A stretch of 64,000 nt of DNA from an uncultured Actinomycetes bacterium (lineage in GTDB: Bacteria > Actinomycetota > Acidimicrobiia > IMCC26256 > PALSA-610): the NCBI GenBank assembly GCA_963701825.1, contig CAVPBG010000003.1, positions 451,762 through 515,761 on the forward strand, in the 5' to 3' direction. Positions 20,869 to 29,015 of this stretch are shown piece by piece (position 1 is the stretch's first letter; the number at the start of each line of letters is the position of its first letter). The translations under genes and the position numbers were made by a program. A model generated the notes under the pieces. That model did no database searches. It was not told where the DNA came from and worked only from the letters and a program-made list of their open reading frames with translations.

Positions 20869-21986
20869 CACGGCGCGACCGTCCGGTAGATGTCCTCGAT
20901 GCGCGCGACCGCGCGCGTCACGTCGAAGTCGGTGGCCCGGTGGCGCGCCGCCGCGCCCAACTCGGTGCGCAGGTTCTCGTCGGCCGCGAGCCGTTCGATC
21001 GCGTCGGCGAGCTCGGTCGGTGAGCTGGGCGCGACGAGTACCGCGTCGACACCGTCGTGGAACGCGTCGGGGATCCCGCCGACCCGGGTCGCGATGATCG
21101 GGAGCCCGAGCGCGCTCGCTTCCATCAGCGCCACCGGGAGTCCCTCCCATTTCGAACCGAGCACGAAGATGTCGCACCCCGCCATCAGGCGGACCGCGTC
21201 GGGACGGTAACCGGTCAGGATCACCGTTCCCTCGAGACCGAGCTCGCGGTGCAACGCCTCGACCTCGGCTTCGAGTGGCCCCTGCCCCACCGCACAGAAC
21301 CGCACGTTGGAGCCGCGGTCGGCCAGCTGCCGCGCGGCCGTCAGCAGGTTCGGCCAGTCCTTCTTCGGGTGATAGTTGGCGACGGTTCCCACGAGGATGG
21401 TCGCCGGATCGACGCCCAACTCCTCGCGCACCGCGTCGCGTTCGGAGCGGAGTTTCCCGATCGCACCCACGTCGATCCCGTGCACGAGCACTTCGGCGCG
21501 GTCGCGCTGGCGGGGGTTCATCGACGCCCGTGCCTCGTCGGACACCGCGAGCACGGCCGCGTCGAGGGGCGCGGTGATCGCGTTCGCATAGCGCGTGGGG
21601 GCTTTGAAGGTCGACCAGGGGTTGTGCTCGGTGGAGACCAGCGCGGGCCGCTGCGCCTTGGGCAGCGAACGCACGACCAACCGGCCGACCGCGGCCGCAT
21701 AGGGCGAGTGCGCGTGCACGATGTCGACGCGCGGCGCCCGGAGATGGCGGCGCAGGCGCCCGGCCCAGCGGATGTCGCGCTCGTTGCGCACGTCGAGACA
21801 CGTGCACTGCACGCCGAGCGCCTCGAGCTCGGGAACGAGATGTTGTTTCCACGGCAACAGGTACACGACCTCGATGTCGAACGCGTCGCGGTCGTGCGCG
21901 CCCGCGGCCGCGACCAACAGGCGCTCCGCACCGCCCGGGCCGAGTCCCTTCACCAGCCAGACGACCCGCCGCCGGCGCGGGGTCAC
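20865..21986 (-). CDS. Glycosyltransferase family 4 (GT-B), intact
   Basis: A GTG at 21986 overlaps the ABC-gene TGA. VVWLVKGLGPGGAERLL...DIVHAHSPYAA...GSKWEGLPVALMEASALGLPIIATRVGGIPDAF. Confidence 0.85.
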   Translation of the reverse strand: MTPRRRRVVWLVKGLGPGGAERLLVAAAGAHDRDAFDIEVVYLLPWKQHLVPELEALGVQCTCLDVRNERDIRWAGRLRRHLRAPRVDIVHAHSPYAAAVGRLVVRSLPKAQRPALVSTEHNPWSTFKAPTRYANAITAPLDAAVLAVSDEARASMNPRQRDRAEVLVHGIDVGAIGKLRSERDAVREELGVDPATILVGTVANYHPKKDWPNLLTAARQLADRGSNVRFCAVGQGPLEAEVEALHRELGLEGTVILTGYRPDAVRLMAGCDIFVLGSKWEGLPVALMEASALGLPIIATRVGGIPDAFHDGVDAVLVAPSSPTELADAIERLAADENLRTELGAAARHRATDFDVTRAVARIEDIYRTVAPW

Positions 21987-23836
21987 AGGTCTTCGGCGGC
22001 GGGGCTGTTCTCGGGGATGCCTTGAGGCCGGGGCTCCGCCACCTCGATCTCGAGCGTGCCCGCGTCGAGCGCGCGCCGGAAGAACGCGCTGCGCTCCGAC
22101 ACCTCGGAGAGCGTGCCGATCGTCTCGACCTCGCCGCCCTGCAACACGAGGATGCGATCGCAGATGCTCAACGTCGAGAGCCGGTGGGCGATGATCATGA
22201 CGAGCACCTTGCCCCGGAGCGTTTCCAGGGTGGCCTGGATGACACCTTCGGAGTGCACGTCGAGCGCGCTCGTCGGTTCGTCGAGCACGAGGATCTGCGC
22301 GCCGCGTGCCAACGCCCGGGCAATGCCGACCCGTTGGATCTGGCCACCGGAGAGATCCCGGAACGCGGGGCCGATCATCGTGTCGTAGCCCTGTTGCAAC
22401 GACTCGATCACTTCGTGCACGCCTGCGGCAGTTGCCGCGGCGATCACCTCGGCCCGCCCGATGCGCGGATCGAGGAACGCGATGTTCTCCGCCACCGTCG
22501 CGTGCAGCAACCGTGGGTCTTGGGGCACGAGCGAAACATGGTTGTACCAGGACGCCAACGTGTACTCGTTGGCGTCGATGCCGTTCACGACCACCCGGCC
22601 CGCGGTCGGCTCGCGCAGCCGCAGGATGAGTTGCGAGAGCGTCGACTTGCCGCTTCCCGACGGGCCGACGATCCCGACGATCTCGCCGATCGGGAAGGAC
22701 GCAGCCACGTCGTGCAACGCGTTGATCTCGCCGTCGTAGGAGAACCCGACATGGTCGAGGTCGAGACCGTGCACCGACTCGAGCGGGATGTGCCCGTCGC
22801 GGGTCTGGTGCTGGAGGTACTCGACGCGCACGGCTTCCAACTTCTCCACGTACGGCATGCAGTCGACGTAACCCTGGTACGAGCTCTGCAGCTGCTGACC
22901 GAACGACATGCTGCGCAGCATCAACAACGCGATGGCCCCGAACGCGGCCAGGTTCACCGAGCGCAGACCGGAGGCGATCCCGAGCCCGAGCACCACCACG
23001 AGCATGCCGACGTACTGGTAGATCGGCGAGCTGGCGCCGTTCACGAACGCGGCCCGGCGCCGGACCGCCGCGAGCTTGCGTGACAGCTTGCTGAGGTGCT
23101 CGCCCAGCGCGTCGGTGGCGTGGAACACCCGGGCATCGCGCGCCATGCGCGTGGCCTCGGTCACCTCGCGGCCGTAGTCGATCAGCATCTGCGACAGCGC
23201 CTGGCTGTAGCGCCGGGTGCGCTTCATGATCGGCCGCAGCATCAACGAGAGCAGGCCCAACGTCACGATGATGAGCAGCGCGAACTCGTAGTTGATGAGC
23301 AACGCGCCGATCACGAAGATCAGGATGGTGAGGAACGCCTCTTCGCCGTTGGCGATCGCGCCCAGCGCCGACGAGCCGCGGTTCACGTAGCTGGTGAGCA
23401 CGCCGAGCGTCCCCAGCCGTTCGCTCGCCTGCGTGGCGTAGTCGGCGTGCAGATACTCGGCGACCACGCCTTCGCGGTGGTCGAACTCCCAGTCGGTCAT
23501 GACCCGCGCCCGTACCCACGAGATCGCGAGATCGAGGATCGCGGAGAGGACGATGGAGCCCGCGGCCATCAGCGCGAGCGTGCTGGTGCTCACCGTGAAG
23601 TGCTGATGGAAGATCTTGCCGCTGTAGTGGTGAGACTTGTTCGCGATTGCGTTGGCGAGCGGAACGATGAGGATCAGTGCGGTGGCCTGGAAGACCGCCG
23701 ACGCCAACGACAGGATGCCGAGAAAGGTGAGGGCGCCGAGCTGGTCGCGGAAGTACCGCACCGCGCCGAGCGTCGACTTCGACGTGTTCTGCGAGCGATC
23801 TCTTTTGCCGGTGGCGTTCGCGGTCTTGTCGGCCAT
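21983..23836 (-). CDS. Fused TMD-NBD ABC exporter (MsbA/PglK-type half transporter), intact
   Basis: Starts MADKTANATGK. Six-helix TMD region, then GIVGPSGSGKSTL (Walker A), LSGGQIQRVGIARAL (signature), ILVLDEPTSALD (Walker B), IAHRLST (H-loop). About 617 aa. Confidence 0.85.
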   Translation of the reverse strand: MADKTANATGKRDRSQNTSKSTLGAVRYFRDQLGALTFLGILSLASAVFQATALILIVPLANAIANKSHHYSGKIFHQHFTVSTSTLALMAAGSIVLSAILDLAISWVRARVMTDWEFDHREGVVAEYLHADYATQASERLGTLGVLTSYVNRGSSALGAIANGEEAFLTILIFVIGALLINYEFALLIIVTLGLLSLMLRPIMKRTRRYSQALSQMLIDYGREVTEATRMARDARVFHATDALGEHLSKLSRKLAAVRRRAAFVNGASSPIYQYVGMLVVVLGLGIASGLRSVNLAAFGAIALLMLRSMSFGQQLQSSYQGYVDCMPYVEKLEAVRVEYLQHQTRDGHIPLESVHGLDLDHVGFSYDGEINALHDVAASFPIGEIVGIVGPSGSGKSTLSQLILRLREPTAGRVVVNGIDANEYTLASWYNHVSLVPQDPRLLHATVAENIAFLDPRIGRAEVIAAATAAGVHEVIESLQQGYDTMIGPAFRDLSGGQIQRVGIARALARGAQILVLDEPTSALDVHSEGVIQATLETLRGKVLVMIIAHRLSTLSICDRILVLQGGEVETIGTLSEVSERSAFFRRALDAGTLEIEVAEPRPQGIPENSPAAEDL

Positions 23837-24528
23837 CAGAAGTCCACGTAGAACTCGGAATCGGGCTCGAACTCGTCGAGCTTGCGAAAGTAGCGGTCGT
23901 TCGTGTTCACCCATCGCCCGATGAGGCGATGCCAACGCTTGCGCACGATACGGCGGGGCGTGAGGCCGACGTCGACCTCGACGTAGTGCCGGTGCCTGGT
24001 GACGAAGCTCGCGACCTTCTCGACGCCCGCGTGGTGGCAGTCGTTGAACGCGACCAACCCGCCGACGCGCGTGAGCTTGTCGATGAGGAAGAAGTCGATC
24101 AGCACGTAGTCGAAGTTGTGCCGACCGTCGATATACGCGAAGTCGAACTGCGCGCCGTCGCGGATGAGATCGCCGAGCGCGAGGTAGTCGAGCTCCTCGA
24201 TCAGCCGGTGACGATGCCCGAGGCCCGATGCCTCGACGTTCTCGACGCCCTGGCCGCCCCACGTGCGGTTCTGGAACGGGTCGAGCGAGATGAGTTGCCC
24301 GTCGACACCGTTCTCCTCGCGGGCGTTCTCCTCCAACGCGGTGAGGATCGCAACGGTCGACGCACCGAACGCCATGCCGACCTCGAGCACGAGTGCCGGT
24401 CGTTCGCGGCGCACGGTCTGGTACAGCGCTTCGGCCAACGCGGGCCCGATCACCGCGAAGACTTCGGGCGTCTGGTACATCCGCCGCAGCACGTCGCTCG
24501 GGATGTTCGGGAGCGTCTTGCTCTGCAT
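23836..24528 (-). CDS. Class I SAM-dependent methyltransferase (O-methyltransferase / Methyltransf_24-like), intact
   Basis: The ATG at 24528 and the stop at 23836 are both in ATGA overlaps. ...ALVLEVGMAFGASTVAILTAL...FDFAYIDGRHNFDYVLIDFFLIDKLTRVGGLVAFND. Confidence 0.7.
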   Translation of the reverse strand: MQSKTLPNIPSDVLRRMYQTPEVFAVIGPALAEALYQTVRRERPALVLEVGMAFGASTVAILTALEENAREENGVDGQLISLDPFQNRTWGGQGVENVEASGLGHRHRLIEELDYLALGDLIRDGAQFDFAYIDGRHNFDYVLIDFFLIDKLTRVGGLVAFNDCHHAGVEKVASFVTRHRHYVEVDVGLTPRRIVRKRWHRLIGRWVNTNDRYFRKLDEFEPDSEFYVDF

Positions 24529-25412
24529 CAGAGGAACACGACCCGGAAGCGGATGCTGCCTGCGGCGCGGCCGAGCGCTTCGCCCCCGCGACGGACCCAG
24601 ATCGGGCGCCGGTCGGCGGAGAGCAACCACGGCGAACGCACGACGAGCCACGCCCAGGTGTGCAGCGTCCGCCGGACCGGGCGGGGCCGTAGACCACGCG
24701 TGCGGAAGTCGCGGTAGAGACGGGCCGCGTCGACCCCGCTCAGGTAGGCCTGGCGGCCGACGCTGCGGGTCGAGGTGCGGTAGCGGTAGTGCACGACCGC
24801 GTCGGGCGCGAAGCCGAGCGTGAACGAGTCGAGCTGCGCCCGCCACGACCATTCCACGTCGTGCGACTGCGGGTACTCCTCGTTGAAGCCGCCCGTCTTG
24901 GCGAACACCGGGGCCCAGACCCCGAGATTGCACGACGGCGCATACGGCAGGAACGCGGCCCGCGGCAGCCCGACGGCGCGCGCCGAGCGCCAGGTCTGCA
25001 CGACCGGCGAGTTGAGCGCTTCGGCATCTTGGACACCGGTCACCGCGTCGAACGACACCGCGCCGTCGGCGAGCGAGGCGAGCCACTCGGGCGCCACGAC
25101 GTCGTCACAGTCGCAGAAGGCCAGGAAGTCGCCGTCCGCGGCGGCCGCTCCCGCGTTGCGGGCGTAGCTCGAACCGGGCCGGGCCGACGCGTCGACGAAC
25201 TGCAGGTCGGGCAGGCGCGGCGCCCACGCGTCGACCACCTGCCGGGTGCCGTCGGTCGAGCCGTTGTCGGCGACCACGATCTCCCAGCCGCCGGTGTACG
25301 TCTGGCGCGTCAGGGCGTCGAACTGCTCGGCGATGGTGTCGGCACCGTTGCGCACCGGGATGATGACGCTCACGAGCCGTGGCGATGGATTCGCGTCCGG
25401 TGACGTTGCCAT
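24528..25412 (-). CDS. Glycosyltransferase family 2, intact
   Basis: MATSPDANPSPRLVSVIIPVRNGADTIAEQFDALTRQTY...EIVVADNGSTDGT...ARNAGAAAADGDFLAFCDCDD (DxD). Confidence 0.85.
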   Translation of the reverse strand: MATSPDANPSPRLVSVIIPVRNGADTIAEQFDALTRQTYTGGWEIVVADNGSTDGTRQVVDAWAPRLPDLQFVDASARPGSSYARNAGAAAADGDFLAFCDCDDVVAPEWLASLADGAVSFDAVTGVQDAEALNSPVVQTWRSARAVGLPRAAFLPYAPSCNLGVWAPVFAKTGGFNEEYPQSHDVEWSWRAQLDSFTLGFAPDAVVHYRYRTSTRSVGRQAYLSGVDAARLYRDFRTRGLRPRPVRRTLHTWAWLVVRSPWLLSADRRPIWVRRGGEALGRAAGSIRFRVVFL

Positions 25413-25524
25413 ACTCTGCCGACACGATAACGAAGAAGTTTCCTTCCGGAAATGGTCCTCACCCCGCTTCGGGGGCGGACGATCCCTCCGATATGGGACG
25501 AGCCGAGATATATCGGGTACGACG
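25413..25524. promoter_or_regulatory. Divergent promoter region between two GT2 genes; comparatively AT-rich, with small palindromes
   Basis: 112-nt spacer between the minus-strand ATG at 25412 and the plus-strand ATG at 25525. Contains TTCCGGAA (about 25445-25452) and CCGATAT-N15-ATATCGG. I cannot assign -10/-35 boxes with confidence. Confidence 0.35.
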
Positions 25525-26472
25525 ATGGCCGCGACCGACGAACCCGGACCGACACCGACCCCTCTGACGGTGCCCGTCGTACCCGTCGACCTCACGGTGA
25601 TCGTCTGCGTGCACAACGGCGCGACGCGCATCCGGCGCCAGCTCGACGCTCTCGACGCGCAGGAGTGGGACGGCACCTGGGACGTCGTACTCGTCGACAA
25701 CCGCTCGACGGACGCCACACCGACCGTGCTGGCCGATTTCGCGGCCGCGCACCCGCGCTTTCGCATGGTGGCGGCGCCCACGCGCGCCGGGCTCAGCCAC
25801 GCCCGGAATGTCGGAGTCGCGCACACCGAGGCGCGGGCCGTCGCGTTCTGCGACGACGACGACGAGGTCGCACCCGGTTGGGTCGCGGCGATGGGTACCG
25901 CGCTGGCGACGTATCCCCTCGTCGCGTGCCGCCTCGATTGGAGCGGCACCGACCCGGGCCCGGATGGCGACGGCGACGGGCAAAACGGAAGTGCGGGCAC
26001 GGGCTTCGGGTTCCAGACCAATCACACCGAGGAGGTGTTCGGCTACCCGGTCGCGGCGGGCGTGGGCGGCTGGCAACGCTGGTTGTGGCAGGCGCTCGGC
26101 GGCAACGACGAGTCGATGACCGACACCGGCGAAGACTTCGACATGGCGATCCGTGCCTATCTCGAGCACGGCATCACGGCCCACTTCGAGCCCGACGCGG
26201 TCTGCCACATCACGCGCCGCACCGGGATGCGCGCCACGTTCCGCCAGGCGCGCCGCTACGGCAAGTCGTCGGTGACGCTCTACAGCCGTTACGGCGCGGG
26301 GCGAGTCGACCGGACCGACGAACTGCGGCGGTCGTTGCGCTCGTGGGCCTGGATCATGCGCCACACTGTCGACCTGCGGATCGCCGACCGGCGCGGCCCG
26401 TGGGCGCGCCATGCCGGTCAACGCATCGGCCGGCTCGAGCAGTCGATCCGCACTCGAACACTGTGGCTGTGA
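25525..26472 (+). CDS. Glycosyltransferase family 2, intact
   Basis: MAATDEPG...DLTVIVCVHNGATRIRRQLDALDAQ...VVLVDNRSTDAT...ARNVGVAHTEARAVAFCDDDD. Confidence 0.85.
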   Translation: MAATDEPGPTPTPLTVPVVPVDLTVIVCVHNGATRIRRQLDALDAQEWDGTWDVVLVDNRSTDATPTVLADFAAAHPRFRMVAAPTRAGLSHARNVGVAHTEARAVAFCDDDDEVAPGWVAAMGTALATYPLVACRLDWSGTDPGPDGDGDGQNGSAGTGFGFQTNHTEEVFGYPVAAGVGGWQRWLWQALGGNDESMTDTGEDFDMAIRAYLEHGITAHFEPDAVCHITRRTGMRATFRQARRYGKSSVTLYSRYGAGRVDRTDELRRSLRSWAWIMRHTVDLRIADRRGPWARHAGQRIGRLEQSIRTRTLWL

Positions 26473-26490
26473 CCGGAGTTACCTTCGAAC

Positions 26491-27195
26491 ATGACATCTC
26501 CCGCCGACGCCACTCCTGAAACCGTTGCCGCGGCCCGCGGCAAGCATCGGCTCTTGTCGCGCGCGGCGTTGTTCGGCGCCGAACGGCGAATCGCCCGCCG
26601 CGTGTACGGCCGCGCGACCGAGCGCGACCAATGGTTGCGCCAGACGCAGTACGCGTACCTCGACAGGTTCTTCTCCGGGTTGCCCGCCTCGGAACAGGAC
26701 GCGCTCGAGATCAGCGGCACGTTCTACAAGGACTATCCCTGGCGCTCGTACGAGTCGCGGCACTACCCCGACTTCGACATCTGCGCGCCGGGCCCGGTCA
26801 CGCCGCGGTTCTCGGTCGTGATCTGCGACCAGGTGCTCGAACACGTCGTCGACCCCTTCCTGGCCGCGCAGACGCTCGCCGATCTCTGCGTTCCCGGTGG
26901 GCACGTGGTGGTCGGCGTGCCCTTCTTGGTGCGCGTCCATCCCGCGCCGGCCGACTACTGGCGCTTCACCGCCGACGGCCTGCGCATCGTCCTCGAACGG
27001 GCCGGGCTCGATGTCGTCGACACGCAGAGTTGGGGCAACCGCCACTGCGTGAACGCCAACTTCCTCGTGTGGGCCAAGCGGCCGCGGTGGTCGACCGACG
27101 TGAACGAGGAGAACTTCCCTATCAACGTGTGGGCCGTCGGGCGCAAGCCGGTCGTCGACGCGACGGGAAGCAGTACGCCCGGGACCACACCGTGA
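26491..27195 (+). CDS. SAM-dependent methyltransferase (type 11-like), intact; paralog of 31179..31817
   Basis: ...ALEISG...VVICDQVLEHVVDPFLAAQTLADLCVPGGHVVVGVPFLVRVHPAPADYWRFTADGL. GGAG RBS before the ATG. Confidence 0.7.
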   Translation: MTSPADATPETVAAARGKHRLLSRAALFGAERRIARRVYGRATERDQWLRQTQYAYLDRFFSGLPASEQDALEISGTFYKDYPWRSYESRHYPDFDICAPGPVTPRFSVVICDQVLEHVVDPFLAAQTLADLCVPGGHVVVGVPFLVRVHPAPADYWRFTADGLRIVLERAGLDVVDTQSWGNRHCVNANFLVWAKRPRWSTDVNEENFPINVWAVGRKPVVDATGSSTPGTTP

Positions 27196-28211
27196 GCGCA
27201 CGCGGTCAGGTCGGGCGCGCGCTGCGCGCCGTCGGGTTACGGCCCAAACCCGCGCCGCCGTGGGTCGTCGCCGAGCCCGCGCCGAACCGCAGCAACCCAC
27301 TGGTCGACGTTCCGCTGTTCGCGATCATCGGCGCGTGGATGGAAGCCGACGTGATCGCGGCGACGGTCGCGAACGCGTTCGCCCAAGGTTGTTCTCGCGT
27401 GTATCTCGTCGACAACGACAGTGCCGACGAAACGGTGAGCCGCGCGGTCGAGGCGGGCGCGGTGTTCGCGGAATCGTTCGCGACCGAGCGCTACGACGAG
27501 CAGCTCCGGCTCGACATCATGAACCGGGTCGTGCGGGACGTTTCGCTCGATACCGGCGCGGAACACATCTGGTGGCTCTGGCTCGACGCGGACGAGTTCC
27601 CGCACGGGCCGGGTGGGAAGACGGTGGCCGAGTACCTGGCCACGCTGGATCGGCGTTTCCGGATCGTCGGGGCCCGGTTCATCAACCATTTCCCCGACCG
27701 CGCTCCGGCGTACGTCGAGGGCCTGCACCCGCTCGACTTCCAGCCGTTGTGCGAGGAGCATCGCTTGGCGATGTGCTCGCTCCGGCACCGCAAGCATCCG
27801 CTGCAACGCTTCGATCGTTCCGGTCCGCCGATCATCTGCGACCGCGGCTTCCACGCCGCGACCAGCACGGAACGGCCGCTGCGGGAACCGAACGAGGCGA
27901 TCTTCGTGCATCACTTTCCGTACCGCGAGCTCGAAGTGACGCGCCGCCGGCTCGCGATGCTCTGTGGCGCCGATCCGAACGGCGAGACCCGGGTGTTCGA
28001 CGACGACGACGCCGCCGACGCGATGCTCTCCCGCTTCGAGACCCTCGACGCGGTCTACCGCCAGGACTGGGAACGCGTGCGCAACTACCACATCGACAGC
28101 GACATCTCCTCCGCCCGGCCGGTCCCGTGGGACACGCTCGTGCCCCCGACCGACACGCCGGTGAAACGCTGGTACCCGGTGGAGTCGAGCGATCAGGGCG
28201 GCCGGGCATGA
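27192..28211 (+). CDS. Glycosyltransferase family 2-like (Glyco_tranf_2_4-type), intact
   Basis: A GTG at 27192 overlaps the upstream TGA. ...PLFAIIGAWMEADVIAATVANAFAQGCSRVYLVDNDSADETV...WWLWLDADEF. Confidence 0.65.
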   Translation: MSARGQVGRALRAVGLRPKPAPPWVVAEPAPNRSNPLVDVPLFAIIGAWMEADVIAATVANAFAQGCSRVYLVDNDSADETVSRAVEAGAVFAESFATERYDEQLRLDIMNRVVRDVSLDTGAEHIWWLWLDADEFPHGPGGKTVAEYLATLDRRFRIVGARFINHFPDRAPAYVEGLHPLDFQPLCEEHRLAMCSLRHRKHPLQRFDRSGPPIICDRGFHAATSTERPLREPNEAIFVHHFPYRELEVTRRRLAMLCGADPNGETRVFDDDDAADAMLSRFETLDAVYRQDWERVRNYHIDSDISSARPVPWDTLVPPTDTPVKRWYPVESSDQGGRA

Positions 28212-28996
28212 CCGCGTCGTCGCCGTCGGCATCGAACCCTGATAACCACCCGCTCGCGCACACCTACGACGCCGACTTCTACGGTCAGCTCGCCGACGAC
28301 GTGCGCGCCTCCGCGGAGGCGATCGTCCCCATCGTCACCAACCTGCTCACGCCCACGTCGGTGCTCGATGTCGGGTGCGGGCACGGCACGTGGCTCGCGG
28401 AGTTCGAACGCAACGGTGCGACCGACATCCTCGGCGTCGACGGCGGGCACGTCGACCCGGCCGCGCTCGACATCCGCGCCGATCAGTTCCAGCCCCGCGA
28501 CCTGAGCGTGCCGTTCGACCTGGGGCGCCGCTTCGACCTCGTCGTGTCGCTCGAGGTCGCCGAACATCTCCCGGCCCGCGCCGCCGCGGGATTCGTGGCA
28601 ACCCTCGTCGCGCACGGCCCCGCGGTGTTGTTCTCGGCCGCGGTTCCGTTCCAGGGCGGGGCCGGCCACGTGAACGAGCAGTGGCCGAGCTACTGGGCCG
28701 GTCTGTTCGCCGAGCACGGCTACGAACCGCACGACGTTGTGCGGCCGGTGGTCTGGGACAACGACCGCGTCGCCTTCTGGTACGCGCAGAACACGATGCT
28801 CTATCTCGACGGACGCGGCATGGGCGTCGCGACTTCTTCCTCGGCCCTCCCGCTCGACGTGGTGCACCCACGCATGCACGTGCGCGACCACACGCGCGTC
28901 AAGCCCGCCCCCGCGCCGCCCTCACTCACGCGCACGCTGCGCGACGTGCCTCCCGCGGCCTGGCGCGCGTTCCGCCACCGCATGGACCGCGACTAG
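28208..28996 (+). CDS. Class I SAM-dependent methyltransferase, intact
   Basis: The ATG at 28208 overlaps the upstream TGA (ATGA). ...SVLDVGCGHGTWLAEF (motif I)...FDLVVSLEVAEHLP. Confidence 0.8.
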   Translation: MTASSPSASNPDNHPLAHTYDADFYGQLADDVRASAEAIVPIVTNLLTPTSVLDVGCGHGTWLAEFERNGATDILGVDGGHVDPAALDIRADQFQPRDLSVPFDLGRRFDLVVSLEVAEHLPARAAAGFVATLVAHGPAVLFSAAVPFQGGAGHVNEQWPSYWAGLFAEHGYEPHDVVRPVVWDNDRVAFWYAQNTMLYLDGRGMGVATSSSALPLDVVHPRMHVRDHTRVKPAPAPPSLTRTLRDVPPAAWRAFRHRMDRD

Positions 28997-29015
28997 AAAA
29001 CCTGCGGTTACGGCC

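Noticed and set aside
20865-26021. Long 5' extensions of ORFs 20865..23519, 21983..24697, 23836..25086 and 24528..26021
   Set aside because: The extensions overlap the upstream gene out of frame and are Arg/Pro-rich. Recognisable protein sequence begins exactly at internal ATG/GTG codons that form ATGA/GTGA overlaps with the preceding stop, so the shorter coordinates were used.
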